A stretch of DNA of 64,000 bases from Schmidtea polychroa (GCA_044892525.1 CM097885.1:12092001-12156000), one strand, 5' to 3'. Shown: positions 29,584-43,829, counted from the stretch's first letter. Notes: generated by a model not told the origin, from the sequence alone. Translations and numbers: made by a program.

Positions 29584-30233
29584 TCCATCCACAAATTATG
29601 TTAATAGGCTATTGATATTAAAATATTAAATTATTTTGTTTCTAAATTTTATTAAATCTAACTTAAATTATTCAAACACCACAAAAGTAGTGGTGAAAAA
29701 AATTTAATTATATTTTCAAGATTAAATTACTGTTGTTTTTCGCTGAAAGTTTTTTGAATTTACAAAATTGAAAGTATTATATAAATAGATCTTTGAAATT
29801 TTCAAATATTTCACTCCTGGAATTTCTTTAAAGAAAATTCAACGAATAATTACTCAATTTAGTTGTGGAAAAAATCGGTTTCCTCTAATTTTGAATAAGT
29901 AAAGATATTGAAAAATATTTTTTTTGTTTTTGTTGAAAATATAATAATAAAATATTTTATGAATGAATTCTTGAGCGCTTGAGAAAGTGAAATTTTAATT
30001 CAGTTCAGGATAAATTAATTTATTATCACATCGTCTAATGGGCAGAAAATCTTTGGGAAAAAACAATTAGAAAATATTTTTATTAATATATGCAATAAAT
30101 CTTCTTCTGTTCTAATTTTAATCATTGTACGCTATAGTTTAAATATATGTCTTTGATAAACTGTTATTATTGAGTAAAACTGAGAAAATATCACCCGTTA
30201 ATATTTCAAATTATATTAACATTTGAAATAAAA

Positions 30234-30446
30234 ACAACTGTTAAATTTTAAGTACTTTTTTCAATCATCACCACTGATTTCTTTTTAATTGAAATTGTAT
30301 TTATTAAAAAACTTGAATATGAATCAATAATACATAAAGATATTGATTAATACCACTTGAAAAGGCAGTGCCGAAAATTAGTGAATAAAAAAAACATCGA
30401 TATCTGATTCATAGTCAAGTTTTTTAATAAATACAACTGTTAAATT
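30234..30446 (+). mobile_element. Short fold-back repeat family copy with U3-A8 hammerhead-like motif
   Basis: CAC-TTGAAAA-GGCAGTGCC-GAAA-ATTA-GTG at 30354-30383, preceded by an inverted copy of the family tail. Flanked by the direct repeat ACAACTGTTAAATT (30234-30247 / 30433-30446). Confidence 0.7.
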
Positions 30447-32512
30447 GATAAAATTTGTGTCCTTTTTATTTATATTTGCTATTCAATGTCATTTATTTTA
30501 TTACTGCTAAAATTGAATGTAATATAATTTTTGCATTTTTTAATTAATATTTATGAAAATATTAAAGAAATTATAATAATAATTAAAATTGAAAAATAAA
30601 ATTGCATGAAACGGAAAAGAATGAATAAATTTAGATATATTGAATGTATGTGTAATTTTTAACTAATTAAAACAAATTAATTTTTTTAAAAATTTTATTT
30701 ATAACATGATCAGAGATTTGAATGGGAAAACGATTGCAGCGGAAGAAAAAATTTTCAATGCTAAATATTCTTAATTATAAAAAATTACATACTATTAAAA
30801 GTATAAAATGAAGGTTTCTTAGAACAAGAAAAATAATATTAAACAATTAAAAAAAATTTTATTTTTATACCATAAAAAATCGAAAAGAAAGAGTAACAAA
30901 ATATTTTAATGTAAATTTATCGGAAATTATAACAAACAAATTTCAAAATAAAATACAATATTATAAACAGCTTCATAAATTAACATTTATCATATCAAAT
31001 ATAATCATAACAGTATCAAACAAAATTTTATAGTTGTCATACTGGACCGAATTAAATCATTATATGAAGGATTCATTTAATTTTTATTATTAATTATATT
31101 AAAAAATTGTTTTTACTGGAACAGCTTAAAATGTTTGTCTAATTTTCTCTTTTTAAACAAAGATTATTCTCAAAGATATTAATTGCATTAAAACAAAATT
31201 GGAAGTAATTTTAAATATTGTCGCATTCGTTCATCGCCAATTTATGGAATTGCACGTTATTTCAGTTGTTTTAATCAACTTGCAAACTCAGTGCATAAAT
31301 TAGAATATTTGAGCTCGATTAATTTCACTGTTATCTCTGTTATTTCACAAAAGGAAATCATTTCAATGCTGATTAAATTTTAATTAACAAATAGATTATT
31401 ATTCGGAGAAATATCACAGAGCCTCCCAAATATTGGGAATTCTGCCCAGAATTGATGTCCTCATTTTATGACAATTTTATTAAATCTATTGTATTTACAA
31501 GGTTTGTTATCCAGCGGCAATAAATATAATTGTATTTCTCTTTTGGATTTAATTTATTTAAATATTATTTATCATTTACTTCATTTGATTTTTAATAAAT
31601 TTCATTAAACATAAATATTAAATATATATGTTATTTTTATATTTTAACTTTAAAAATAAATTGTCGCTAGCGGAGTCATTTATAAAATACTGTTATGGTT
31701 GGATTATTCTATGTTGATTATTATTTTTTATTAATGCTTTGTGTTAAGAAGATTTGTAGAACCCGATAGAGTCATCGATAAAAAATGTGGCGGGACAATC
31801 GGTGTGCGTGTATGTTATCTAAAAATATTTTAATGTGTGTAATATGACTACAATTAAAATTCGAGAAATATTAACAAATAAAATACAAATTAACTTAATT
31901 AAACAAATTTTATTAACAAATAGAAATAATTAAAGGACCTGAAATCTCGAATAATAAGGACTTTGTAATATTCTTTTCTAATCCTTTTCCGGACTTGATT
32001 TGCAGAATCCTTTTTAATCTTCTTCTGACAAAACCAATTAAGTGACCTTAGATCTCAAATCGTAAGGATTTTGTAATATCCTTTTCTAATCTTTTTTTGA
32101 ACTTATTTTATAGAATTCTTTTTAATATTCTTCTGATTTAGTTTTATAATATTATTTTTGATTCTTTTCTGAACTAGTCTTATAATATTCTTTTCAATTT
32201 CCTTCTGGATTTGTTCTATGGTATTCTTTTCTTAATTCTGGTTGTCCAAATTTTTATTCCATTTCTTTATTGATTTTTTTTAATTTGTAATTTTATTATA
32301 GCGATAATTTACTATAGTAAATTATCGCTATATAGTTTTTTAAATCTAATTTTCCCGACGCTACGGGAACGATTATGTTCATAAAAAAACAAAACCTAAT
32401 TGAGTTATTGTTGAAAATAAACATAACGACAAAAATACAACAATCTACTACAAATACAATTCGGATAAATAACTATTTAAACCATGATCGGCAATGTTTA
32501 TTCATGAAATGA

Positions 32513-32597
<85 letters not shown>

Positions 32598-33062
32598 TCA
32601 TAAATAAATAATTAAGTAATTTCCGCAGTGTTTATTAATTGAATATATTGCGACCAAATATATGCCATGTTCATTCCAATACGAAAATTTAACCGATTTT
32701 TCTCTCTTCTTATTTAATACAATCTTTCTAATCCTTTTCCTTGTTCTTCACTATATATATTTCATGAATTATAACAATTTAAACAAATTATAATACTTTA
32801 TAATACATTTTCATAATTATCTCTTTTTAATTTCAATAATTTTCATAATGTTTGTAAGACTATAGATCAGAACAATATATATAAGTACACGATATTTCGG
32901 TATGGACTTTAACAAGAATTTAAATAAATTTATCTATTTTATAAAATTTTTGTTTATTTTTTAAAATTATTTTTATTTAATTAAATTATATTTTTATAAA
33001 TAATTCCGCGATCGACAAGTTAGTTTAAAGTTATTATTATTATTTATTATTAATATTATTAC

Positions 33063-33117
<55 letters not shown>

Positions 33118-33596
33118 TAATATTAAAATTGAGTTTTTAAAGTACTTTAATTCAAAATTACTTTTAAAACTTGAAACTTTAATAACATTTTGCATTTGTA
33201 AAAAATACTTCTACATGGATGTGAATGCTTGTTCCCCCATTTTAGCATTGTCTGCATTTTTAGAAAAGTTATAAAAAGCATGAGTGTATGCATGTTATAT
33301 TAACCTTTTCTTACTCTTACTATTTCTTCTTTCATCATAAATGATATTTTCTTTTTCAGATATCCAATACGTTTGCAAATAATTGTCAGTTTTACAGTTT
33401 GTTTGCATGTATTTTTATAACATACATTAATATTGAAGAGCTCTTTTTACATAAAAATGTTCACTTGAACCAAAATGGAATTAAAATTTTGTACAATACT
33501 GTCTATTAATAAGTAAGATATGATAAAATACAATTTATTAATTGTTTTTATCGAAAACAGTTTCATTTTATTTGTTTATGTTAACACGTTTATTAA

Positions 33597-33788
33597 CACG
33601 TTGACTGCGTCTGGCACCTATACGTGACTGAACGGTTCTTAGCGCGGTATGCAAAGCACACATAAATAGCGTGAAAATCATTTTGTAAAGACATTAATCA
33701 TTGACTTACTTTAAAAATAGCATATTCGTTTAAAAAACCGGCGCCACTCCTAGCGAAAGTGTGATAAATTTGTGCAACAGCGAATGGG
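33597..33788. mobile_element. Possible old piggyBac-type MITE
   Basis: TTAA|CACGTTGACTG ... CAGCGAATGGG|TTAA. The TIR matches only 7/11; GC is locally higher. Confidence 0.4.
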
Positions 33789-35580
33789 TTAAACGAGTAT
33801 GAGGCTTTGTACCTTCAATAAATATAATGATGAGGAAGATCTCCGCTCTTTGGATTATATAATCATTTCGTATAGACAATAAAATACATATGTTTAAACA
33901 GTAATATGTGGAAATGAAAAATGGTCATATTATTTTATTTTGAATATTTATTTAAAACAAACTAACAGAAAAAAGGATTGATGTTTAATTTTTTTTTGGG
34001 GGGGGGGTGTTTTATAAATTATAATGTATAAATTATATATAAGAAATACAAGTTGATGTTCTTTGAAATTGGAAGATGTTGGAGATCCTTAATGTTATGT
34101 GAACTGGTTTCAAAAGGTCATTCTAGAAAATTATTTCATTAATTTTTTTTTGCTTTTTTTTATTATTAAAAAATCAATAATTAATTATTAATTAATTTAA
34201 TTTAAATAAAAATTACACCCCCAAAGTTAAACATTAACCGAAAAACATAATAAAAATTATAGATAATAAGAAATAAATAAAAATTCATTGTATTAAAATG
34301 ATAACAATATTATCAATAAAAAGTAAGTTTGTTTTTTAATTCGTTTCAAAATATTTATTTGAGTAAATCATAATTTAAATTATTTTTGGATTTAATTAAA
34401 ACATTAATTACCTTCAATTACTGACTCTTCTAATGATGCTATCAACTACCGTGTACATCATTTAAACAAAAAATATAATTTAATATAAAATTTAATGGAA
34501 TTGATAATCTACAAATATTTTAAATTATTCTGTTTTAGAAGTAAAAACTTTCTTTCAAAATTGCTTGAAAATATTTGTTTCTCGAAGGGAATTAAATTAG
34601 AGTTTCAATGTAATTACTTAAGCGTGTTTTTTCATACAAATTATAATTTTCACTTAACCTGCCATCATCCACTAGGAGAAACATAGTCCAAGGAGGCGTG
34701 AAATAAAAAAAAGTAGAATTAAGTTGTACTAATATTTAAATAACTATATCATTTTAGACTTAGTTGAAGACAAAATACCATTGGAGGGTACCTTAAACAG
34801 AACAATGGTATAATAATTACATAGTTAACCTTTTCGGGTCTTTCAAACCTGACTTTGATCAACTATATTCAAAATATTTAACTGATACATTATTTTATTG
34901 GGAATTTGTAAAAATTTAATTCTGTGTTTTAATAGTTCTCTACAGCACAAGTTATTTATCAATAAAATTAATAAAGAGATTTTAGTAATTTGTCCTTTGT
35001 TCTTTTGCTTTTCATGTAACAGCCAAACGAACATTTAAAATTTAAAATTTTGGAATCTTTAGAGCAGTAATTCTTAACCATATTGAAAGAATCGCCCCCT
35101 TTACCACAGTAAAATTATCCAGCGCTCCCCCCACACAAAAACATCGAAATGTTAAAATTACACTCTTCTCTATGCATGTATTTCATGCAATTTATTTCCT
35201 ACAACAAAAAAATATAAGAAATATAAATAAAACACATGTTTATAAACATTATGTATTTATTGTCATATAAACATTACATACAACAAAATCAATTACATTA
35301 CAAAAATCAATAAGATTCTTGAGCCTCATGTGACTGCGCTAGTTTTGTATTATTAGGTTTATTAGAATTCTCATCCGTTAAAATATTAATATCAGTTTGC
35401 AAATCACTACATAATTCCATAAATTTTATTTAATAAATTATACACTCAAAACTTGTCTTTCCTTTTGTTTGTTATTTAAACAATTTTCAAACTTTCTTTT
35501 AAAATATTTTTCGATAAAAATATTTTTTAAATTTAACAAAATTTTTAATTAAAACTTTAAGAATCTTTCAACCCCATCAT

Positions 35581-36030
35581 ATCCCCCTCCTTAAGAAATT
35601 TTTTAAGTTTCTCCGCGTTTCTTTCAATTTTTTTACCATTCTCATTTCTTAAGATATATCGTATGTCATGCACTTTCTCGATCACTTTAAATGGTCCATC
35701 ATATCTGTCTTGGCTTTTGTTGCGTGTTTCTAATTTTATTAACACATTTTCTCCTACGTTGAATTTCCTCCTTGTTTGTTCTTCTTGTTCTTCCTTTACC
35801 TATTTTTTCTTTGACCCGTACCATTTTTCCCTGCTAATCCTTTTTCCAAAAACTATCTCTGCCGGGCTTTTTACTGTCGATTTTTGTTTGGTTGCATTTA
35901 ATGTAAATTCGACTTCTGGTAGTATCTCTGCCCAATCCGTCTTCCTTCTGTCTCATAAAGTAGCATTTATCAGCTCTGGTATTGTCCTGAATTGCCTTTC
36001 TATCTGTCCATTTGTTTGGTTTGGAGAAAC
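35581..36030 (-). mobile_element. Ty3/Gypsy integrase C-terminal remnant with polypurine tract
   Basis: The minus-strand translation reads QTNGQIERQFRTI...WAEILPEVEFTLNAT...SPAEIVFG...RYDGPFKVIEK, with internal stops. It is followed by AAGGAGGGGGATA and then TGATGGGG, consistent with a PPT and an LTR start at ~35579. Confidence 0.85.
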
Positions 36031-36910
36031 GATTTAAAGAAATTAGCGCTATTGAATAAATTCGAGTTAAAGCTTAGAAATCAAATAGGTCAAATAGATT
36101 ATTGAAACCAGAGATAGTATTGAAGTAGTTGTGAGTTCCAAATTGTATTGTAAAAGTGCTATTCCTCCCGAACGTTTCTAATATGCACTCAATTTGTCAT
36201 TGAAACTGATAATTCTTTGTGTCGCTGTAAATTGGTAATAAGGTGTGTTAATCAATTATACTGCCTAGAGCTCATTATTATTATTAAAGAAGGCACGCTT
36301 TGGAATCAGATCAATAATTGATAATATTTAATTTCAACGACAACCCCAACATTATTAGTATTTCATAATTCCGTGCTCGCATTTATATTCAATGGGAACT
36401 TTTTTTTATAAAGTAATTTAATAATAAAACAGTGATGGTTTTTTTAGATAAACGTAAACTTTAAATGTAAATAAATTTCTTCAAAATTTAATTTCAGCAA
36501 AAAATCATAAACATAAATTTTAAAAATTACATACTACTTAATTAATTAGCAGTAGTAGGAAAATGAAATTTTTTAATTTATTATTTTATATGAATGTCAG
36601 ATTATAATTATTGGTTATAACAATTTAAGAGTTTTAGTAAATTAATATTTTTTTGAAACTTTTATAATTCATGAAAATTATTAATCACAAATTTATCCAA
36701 AATTATGAGATAAAAAAATAGATTCATTGAAATGGAACGCATTACGTAGAGATAAAATACCACTGGATTAAGGAGGAAAACCAAAAATATGTGTTCTATT
36801 TAATTTTTTGATTTTTGATCCAAATGAAAAAAAAATATCAAAAAAGGAAAACAGATCAAAAGTGAACAAAAAAATGAAAGATTTTACTGCAAGCGTGTTA
36901 TTATATTTAT

Positions 36911-37183
36911 TATAATTTGCATTATAAGAACTCCTGTCGATTTTCACCTCTGATTATTTTCAATTTTCTTTGTATTTATAAAATATTTGACTATGAATCA
37001 GTAAATATATCGATGTGTCTTTGATATTCACGAATTTTCCGCACTGCCTTTCTAATCAAGTAATTTTTTTTCAAGTGAAAATCATGTGAAAAAGGTTGTA
37101 ATGAAAATTTGTGAATAATAAAAACATCGATATCTTTACTTATTCGTAGTCTAATTTTTTATAAATACAATGAATATAATTTG
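36911..37183. mobile_element. Short fold-back repeat family copy (two degenerate head-to-head halves)
   Basis: TTGACTATGAATCAGTAAATATATCGATG...ATTCACGAATTTTCCGCACTGCCTTT followed by the reverse-complement half. Flanked by TATAATTTG direct repeats. Confidence 0.6.
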
Positions 37184-37262
37184 TATTTATAGATTGATGT
37201 TTATCTTATTTTTAGCATGTAAAAAAGTCCATTCCACTTGATATTTCTGTTATGCCCTAAAT

Positions 37263-37511
37263 CAGTGGTGGCCAACCAAAATCAATCGAAGGGCCAAAAT
37301 TTCGGAAAAATACTATCACGGGCCACAATAAATTCATTTAAATAAATATAACTCGTTTTTACGATTCAAGTAAACTTAGAATCAATTTTTTAAATTAAAA
37401 ATATGCTTAATTCGAATATGAATTCTAAAAAAGACAATTATTGATTTGATATTTAAAATTGTGTCCGGGCCACATCAAAACGCTTCGCGGGCCACCGGTT
37501 GGCCCTGGCTG
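37263..37511. mobile_element. hAT (Charlie-like) MITE
   Basis: Ends CAGTGGTGGCCAACC / GGTTGGCCCTGGCTG, GGGCC(A) subterminal motifs, and 8-bp TSD CCCTAAAT / CCCTTAAT (7/8). Confidence 0.8.
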
Positions 37512-37860
37512 CCCTTAATGTATATTAAATATCAGTTTTATCACTGTTATAAATTAAATTCATTTGACATTTAACAAACTACAATTTCTCGAAAATATTC
37601 AAAAATTTGAAATACTATATTTTATTGAAATTAAATGCGCACTCAAATATAACACGCGTATTTTATTCGAATATTAGCATAATTCTTTCAGGTAGTTTTA
37701 TATAAATAAAAATAAACTAACATTGTAAATTTCAAAGGTTTATTTCTTAGCTTTATTTCATTTTATAAAAAAATAATAATTTATAAATGAATTTATAATT
37801 AAATCGTTGTCATGTATGTTTAACTATTTATTCAATAATAATAATAATAATAATAATAAT

Positions 37861-37903
<43 letters not shown>

Positions 37904-37931
37904 TTAATTATTATTATTATTATTATTATTA

Positions 37932-38012
<81 letters not shown>

Positions 38013-38999
38013 TAGTATATCGTATGCTGTATATAATACTTACATTACGATATTTATTATTTGCATATTAATTAAATTAGAAATGATATTTAATTATTTT
38101 TAACATTATCCTTACCTTCACTAAACACTGTTCTGGAGTATGCTTAGATAATCATATCCTGTTAGATCCGGAATGATAGCCGTCAACAAGACGGTTGCGT
38201 CATTTTGTTCGTTTGAATTAAGACAGTCATTCATTTGTAAAATCTAAGAATAAATTTTATGTTATGATTTATAAACAATTGATAAATTATTTTATTCCTA
38301 GGCTTCCATCCACATCCAAATTATTTCTCGTAGACAAAATGGTCACAACCCCAGCTATAAGTATATCTACATGAATTGTTATTAAAAACAAAAATTTCCT
38401 TTGATGAATATTAGCAAACAAAAAGATTAAAATTAATGTTATTTTTATGTTTGAAATTTTATTACTTATTAATTGTCTACCATGCCATCAAGAACAATAT
38501 TACTTAAAATTGTTCCTATTTTTGTAATGTCTACCATGATATCAATGCGGCTTACTTTGATTTGGACAGTTGTTTTGCTCATTTATTGAAACAATTATCC
38601 TTCTATGTCTGTTGCTCACTCTTTAGAAGAATACGACAATATCAAGCTCTTTCTGGACAAGACCAGTTAAGAACGATACTAATGAGATCTTTATGAAAGT
38701 TTCAAGAAGTTACGATTTTTACTTGGACTGTTATTCTTGTTTCCTTTATCTTGGGGATAATTGGGAAACCAAAGATAATTCAATTTGGCTACTCGAATTT
38801 GTTTATAAATCAAGAAATACATTTGAAATAATTCTAACCTAAAAGAAATGAAAGGTTTCTGTGTGACTGGAAGAAGAATAAAAGTGTAATTTCTGAAATA
38901 TCGAAGTTAAAAGGTGCGTAAAGGGATTTTCATATTCAGAGAGGGAAATAAATTGAGGAGATTTAAAATAATCACAAACTGGATTCTTTATTATAAAGA

Positions 39000-39440
39000 G
39001 ATTCATTTCTTTCGGTGAATAGTAACAAGTATCTAAATCAAGAGGCTTCTTCTGAGTGGTGCACTGAAGTCATTAACACTAAGACAGAGAACCAAAATTG
39101 TAGAAAACATCCAACTACCTTTGATGACAGGATACATTCTTTTCATTCTTTTGTTGTTAGTCTTCGTGAAATACGAATGATCTTTCACAAATAAGGAATA
39201 TCAATGAATGAAACACCAATAACATTTGATATGCCCGGAAAATTGAACTATAGACTCGGTTGGTTCGAGAACTATTATGGTAATGACAACTGGTTATGGG
39301 AAAACCCATTTTTCAGTATTCTATCGTGTACGGATGATGGTGCAAAATTAAAGTCTATTACATTATTCAAACGAAAACTTTGCCGCAAGATGCCGAATTA
39401 TAATCTGCATTTATTTTTCAGGCCCATTCTAAAGAATTGA
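39000..39440 (+). mobile_element. pogo/Tigger-like DDE transposase remnant
   Basis: The peptides NETPITFDMP and ILSCTDDGAKLKSITLFKRK resemble the DETP..FDMP and L.C.ADG.KL....IFK blocks of pogo-family transposases. The frame is disrupted. Confidence 0.7.
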
Positions 39441-39632
39441 CACAATCATTGTTAAGAAGTGTTTGGAACATACTGAGGTCAACAACACAGAAAATCATGC
39501 TGAGAATGTTTTCTGCTTATTCAATATAATTTCAAAATAAAGTATGTCGAATAATAAGCTTCAGTTTACATTTCTTTTTTTTGGCTGCCCCATATCACGC
39601 AATCTTTTCAATATTATAAAATCAGTAAAAGC

Positions 39633-40088
39633 TAAGCTTGCCAACTCTCCCGTTTTTGCCGGGAGTTTCCCGTCTCCCGGTTAACTATGACCGGGGAGAT
39701 GTAAATCTCCCGTCTTTCCGTTTTTACAATATTTTACAATTTTCAAGAAAAATGTGCAGATTTTGATTTCTATATAATAATGATAGTCAAGACTTATTTT
39801 TGCTCAGTCACCGAAAGTTTAAGTTTGTTCACGGCGAGTGATTTTATGTTTTTCTTCTTCCACGTTATTAGTCTGTCACTGTCACCTTTTTTTCACTTTT
39901 AAAATATAATATGTAAAAATAATTGTTTTGTTTAAATCTTTATGGTATTAGTCATCATATAGTTAAAATCGCTAACATGTGTAAACCAACAAAGTGAAAA
40001 AAACACCTGTTATATTATTTCTTAAGCGTTATACTGTTTCCAATTTTATAATCACCCGGGTTCGAGGTTGTAGGAGTTGGCAACTTTA
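39633..40088. mobile_element. hAT (Blackjack/Tip100-like) MITE
   Basis: TIR TAAGCTTGCCAACTC / GAGTTGGCAACTTTA, TCCCG subterminal repeats, and 8-bp flanks GTAAAAGC / GTAAAGGT (6/8). Confidence 0.7.
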
Positions 40089-40110
40089 GTAAAGGTCCAT
40101 TCTTCCTATG

Positions 40111-40680
40111 GGGGGAACGTACCTGTATCGTAATATGACTTCTTAACTATATCGTAAAGATAGAAATGGACCAATATCGTAAAAGTTAAAAATGGAACAA
40201 TATTGCAAAATTGAAAAATGGATCTATATCGTAATCTGTATATTATAGAGAAATAGAGAGTTTTTTTACGATACAGATAGTGGCAATGACTAAGTTGTTG
40301 TTATATAATTGTAGGTTAATATTTGTTAATTTCTCGATGGGTTTTGATGGTGGTTGTTAGTATCTATTTAATGGGTAGGTGAGGTTGAGTGTGACCAATA
40401 CCCTTACGACCAGTACCCTTCGACTAATACCATTACGACCAGTACCCTTATCACCAGTACCCTTAGGGGGTTAAAACATCCTGTCGGATAAACTCCGAGT
40501 AAATTCATTAACAAATGAAAAATTTATTGGATTATTAGTATACTCATTTAATTGGGATTGCAGGATATTATTTTGTTTTTTAATTTACGATATTAATTAA
40601 CATTGCTTCTTACGATACAGAATTTTCACGATATAATTCCCATATTACGATAAGTTTTTTTACGATACAGGTAGTGGCAA
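40111..40680. mobile_element. MULE-like non-autonomous element carrying a terminal fragment of the nested TIR element
   Basis: 10-bp direct repeat TCTTCCTATG at 40101-40110 and 40681-40690. Subterminal inverted repeat TACCTGTATCGTAA / TTACGATACAGGTA and many TATCGTAA motifs. The interval ~40310-40499 matches 14680-14928. Confidence 0.7.
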
Positions 40681-42039
40681 TCTTCCTATGTATTGTTAAC
40701 ACCAATAATGAATTTGGGACAAAATGAGGTCGAAGCAAATTAGAGATTTTAAAATATCAGAGAACACCTAATAAACAATGTTTTGTAATTTTGGTTTATC
40801 TGTTAATAAGACTAAATTCGATATGTGAATGAAATTATAAATGCAAAATGAGACCCGAAATCATTTTCAGGTATTGAAAAATAAAACTTGTGTCAATTTA
40901 ATTTAAATTTGTATAGAAATTACTAAAAATAAATAAAAATAGGCTGACTATTGTCAGTAGCACGAATGCGCTAATAATATGTAATATTCATCATTATTCT
41001 TAACCGCCTGTCCGCGAAATCTTTAAAAGTATAAGTCGGAAGAAAAGGGTTAGGCTATCGAAACAATTATCCTTCTATGTCTGTTGCTAACTCTTTACAA
41101 ATGATAGGAAAATACGACAATATCAAGTTCTTTCTGTACAAAACCAGTTAAGAATGATAAATAAATAATGATAAATAAATATTAAATATTTTATTTATAA
41201 TTTAAAAATTGTTTAACATAATTTTTAAAAGATTTTTAAAGTAATTGAGTTAACCTACATCAAATTTGAGTTGACCTACATAAAAACTCAAAAACTTTTT
41301 CTTTTATTTTAAACATTTTTTTAAAATTTCACCACTAATTTATTTTTCATTGACATTTTATTTATTAAAAGGCTTGACTATGAATCAGTAAATATAATTT
41401 TTAAGCCCTTTAAAAAAAAACGATGTTAAGGAAAGATAAAAATGTAAATTAGCATTTTTATTAAATTCGGAATAAAACGTTTAATGAAAGAAAAAAAACC
41501 TAGTATTTATTTACGGTGATAATTGATAAAATTACCGAAATTAAATTGTATTGTAATAAATTATTGTCAATTGTCATCTAAATCTATCCTAAATAAATTT
41601 CGTCGGTTTGATTGTAGTGAGGCCCTCCTTCTTTTTACTGTCTTAGAAAAAAGTTAAAATGCAAACATAATTTATTATTTTGTGGAGACTCAATTTTCAA
41701 AATTGATGAAATCATCTAAATGAATTACCTAAATTATTCAAAAACAAATAAAATCCTCTTTGAAAAAAATGTTTAACTTTTATAAATTATCATAAATTCA
41801 AATTCCATTGTTGTTAAATATTATTTACAAATTTTTTCTTTGAAACTGAGACTAATTTCCATCAGTTTAAACAAAAATCCTTAATTAAAATTGTTTCATA
41901 TTTTTTTAAGTCTACATTTTTTCTTGAAATGTAATTTTTATTCAATTAACAAATGAAGAATTATTTGAATTTTTTAGTTTTAGTTTTTTCATTTGATATT
42001 ATATTTAAATTTTTTTAATTTGTTTAAATTGGTGCTTAA

Positions 42040-42663
42040 CACAAGATTTACTGACATTAAATGTATACCTATTTTTACTGAAACCCGTCATTTTGACGGA
42101 AATATTAAAAGTACATTTATTAATTTTATTATATTATAAATATAAAAATATTAAAATATTAAAATTGCGTTTTTCAGTTTCATCTGAAAATAATTAATTT
42201 TAATTTGAAACAATGTATTTTTATTATAATAGTTTTATTTCTTACACTTTTTACAAATAACATCAATTTTCCACATACATATTTATTACATTCATTGTTA
42301 GATCTATTTTTTTTACACAAACCTATTTGACAAGACTTTAGATTACGGATATTCGAAATATTAGATGGTAGGTTGAAAATAATACTGGGAGCATCTCTGT
42401 TGTCAATTTCTAGATCTTTGGCCAATCGAAAAATAAAATTTTTTCTTGATATCTTTACTCCAGTAACCTCTTTATAGAAATAATAGGTATATACAACACA
42501 TTTCCGCTAAACTAAAAGGGCGAAAAAAAAGGATTGTGATATATTCACGTATCAGTGTATCATTAATAACCAACATAAAAAAATTGGAATAAATAATATT
42601 TCTCTTGTATTTTTAATTTTAAAAATTGAATCCATCAAAATGGCGGGTTCCGTAAATCTAGTT
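42040..42663 (-). mobile_element. Internally deleted piggyBac element retaining the Cys-rich transposase C-terminus
   Basis: TTAA|CACAAGATTTAC ... GTAAATCTAGTT|TTAA. Subterminal inverted repeat AACCCGTCATTTTGACGGA / TCCATCAAAATGGCGGGTT. Minus-strand peptide ISRKNFIFRLAKDL...CQIGLCKKNRSNNECNKYVCGK. Confidence 0.75.
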
Positions 42664-43829
42664 TTAATATGCTTTAATGTTAAACAAACACGATCAGCGT
42701 AGTTTCGCAGTTTACACTAAAATGTTCAGTGAGGAGAGTTCAAATATTAAAAGATGCCGTGTTGATAAAAAGTTTAAAACAATGAAGAATATTAATATTT
42801 TAGTAAACTAACCGGAGATTGTTCAAAAGTAAAAGTTAAAAACAAGTATTACTCATTTAATTGTTATATTAAACTAAAGAATGTAAGAGAATACGAGGAA
42901 TGATTAAATTTGAGAAAGAAAATTGAATTGAAATTTTCGATCAGCTATGTATGTTCAGTGGGGCCAAAGATAAAAATGGTTAAGAAGAAATAAAAACTAA
43001 GGAACTAACAATAAAAATAAATGATTAAGTGGGTCGACTAAAACAAAGATGAATGTAGAAAATAAAACCAACATAATAATATTACAAAAAAACTGCAAAT
43101 TTATTGTAATATATTTATTGTTTTAACCGTTAATAAACTTGCAGAAATTATTCATTATCTCATAATTTAATTATTAATAATTTTGTTTTAATAATGGTTG
43201 CAAATTTTGTTCAGTGTTGAGAAAAATTGAATTAAATTTCTTTTTATTTAAATTAGTCAACTTTCATTAAAGAAATTGAAGCGTATAAAGTTCTTATAAA
43301 AATATTCTAATGTAATTCATCTGAATTGAAGAGAGCATAATCCATCAACCATATCATATTCCATTCATATAGAGAAAATGAGGAAACTTACATTATATTT
43401 CCCTTTAGGGTGGACTTTGTCAAATGCATTTTAATAAATTTATTTTTTCAGATTATTTCTGTGTTTATTCGACATTGAGATTAGTAAATAGTCACCAACG
43501 GAAGTAAAGTTTTTTTGTAATAAATTCATTGTCAATTGTCGATTTCTTTTATTATGATTTAGTGGATACGCCCAAATTGAACCTAAAAAAAATCTCAAAG
43601 AAAATCTCACAAAGCCTTTCGAACCTCTTTCTATGAAAAAATAAAAACAACAATTATATTTTTTCAATCATTTTTTAACATTCTATAAAAATATTTACAA
43701 ATAAAGTGAAAACTTAAGCTTGTCTTATAAAATATAAAATAATTTAAATAGAATATGTAATTATTTATTAATTATTAAAAAAAATTATTATAAATTATAT
43801 TGATTATATTATTTACTATTAATAATAAA

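Noticed and set aside
35663..36037. 124-aa plus-strand ORF
   Set aside because: Antisense shadow of the Gypsy integrase remnant on the minus strand.
37833..38009. (AAT)n followed by (TTA)n, forming a microsatellite palindrome
   Set aside because: Explainable by slippage and local inversion in simple repeats; no further structure.
38589..41158. ~90-bp diverged direct repeat (38589-38678 and 41061-41158)
   Set aside because: The similarity is real but there are no termini or structure to classify it; probably fragments of a dispersed repeat.
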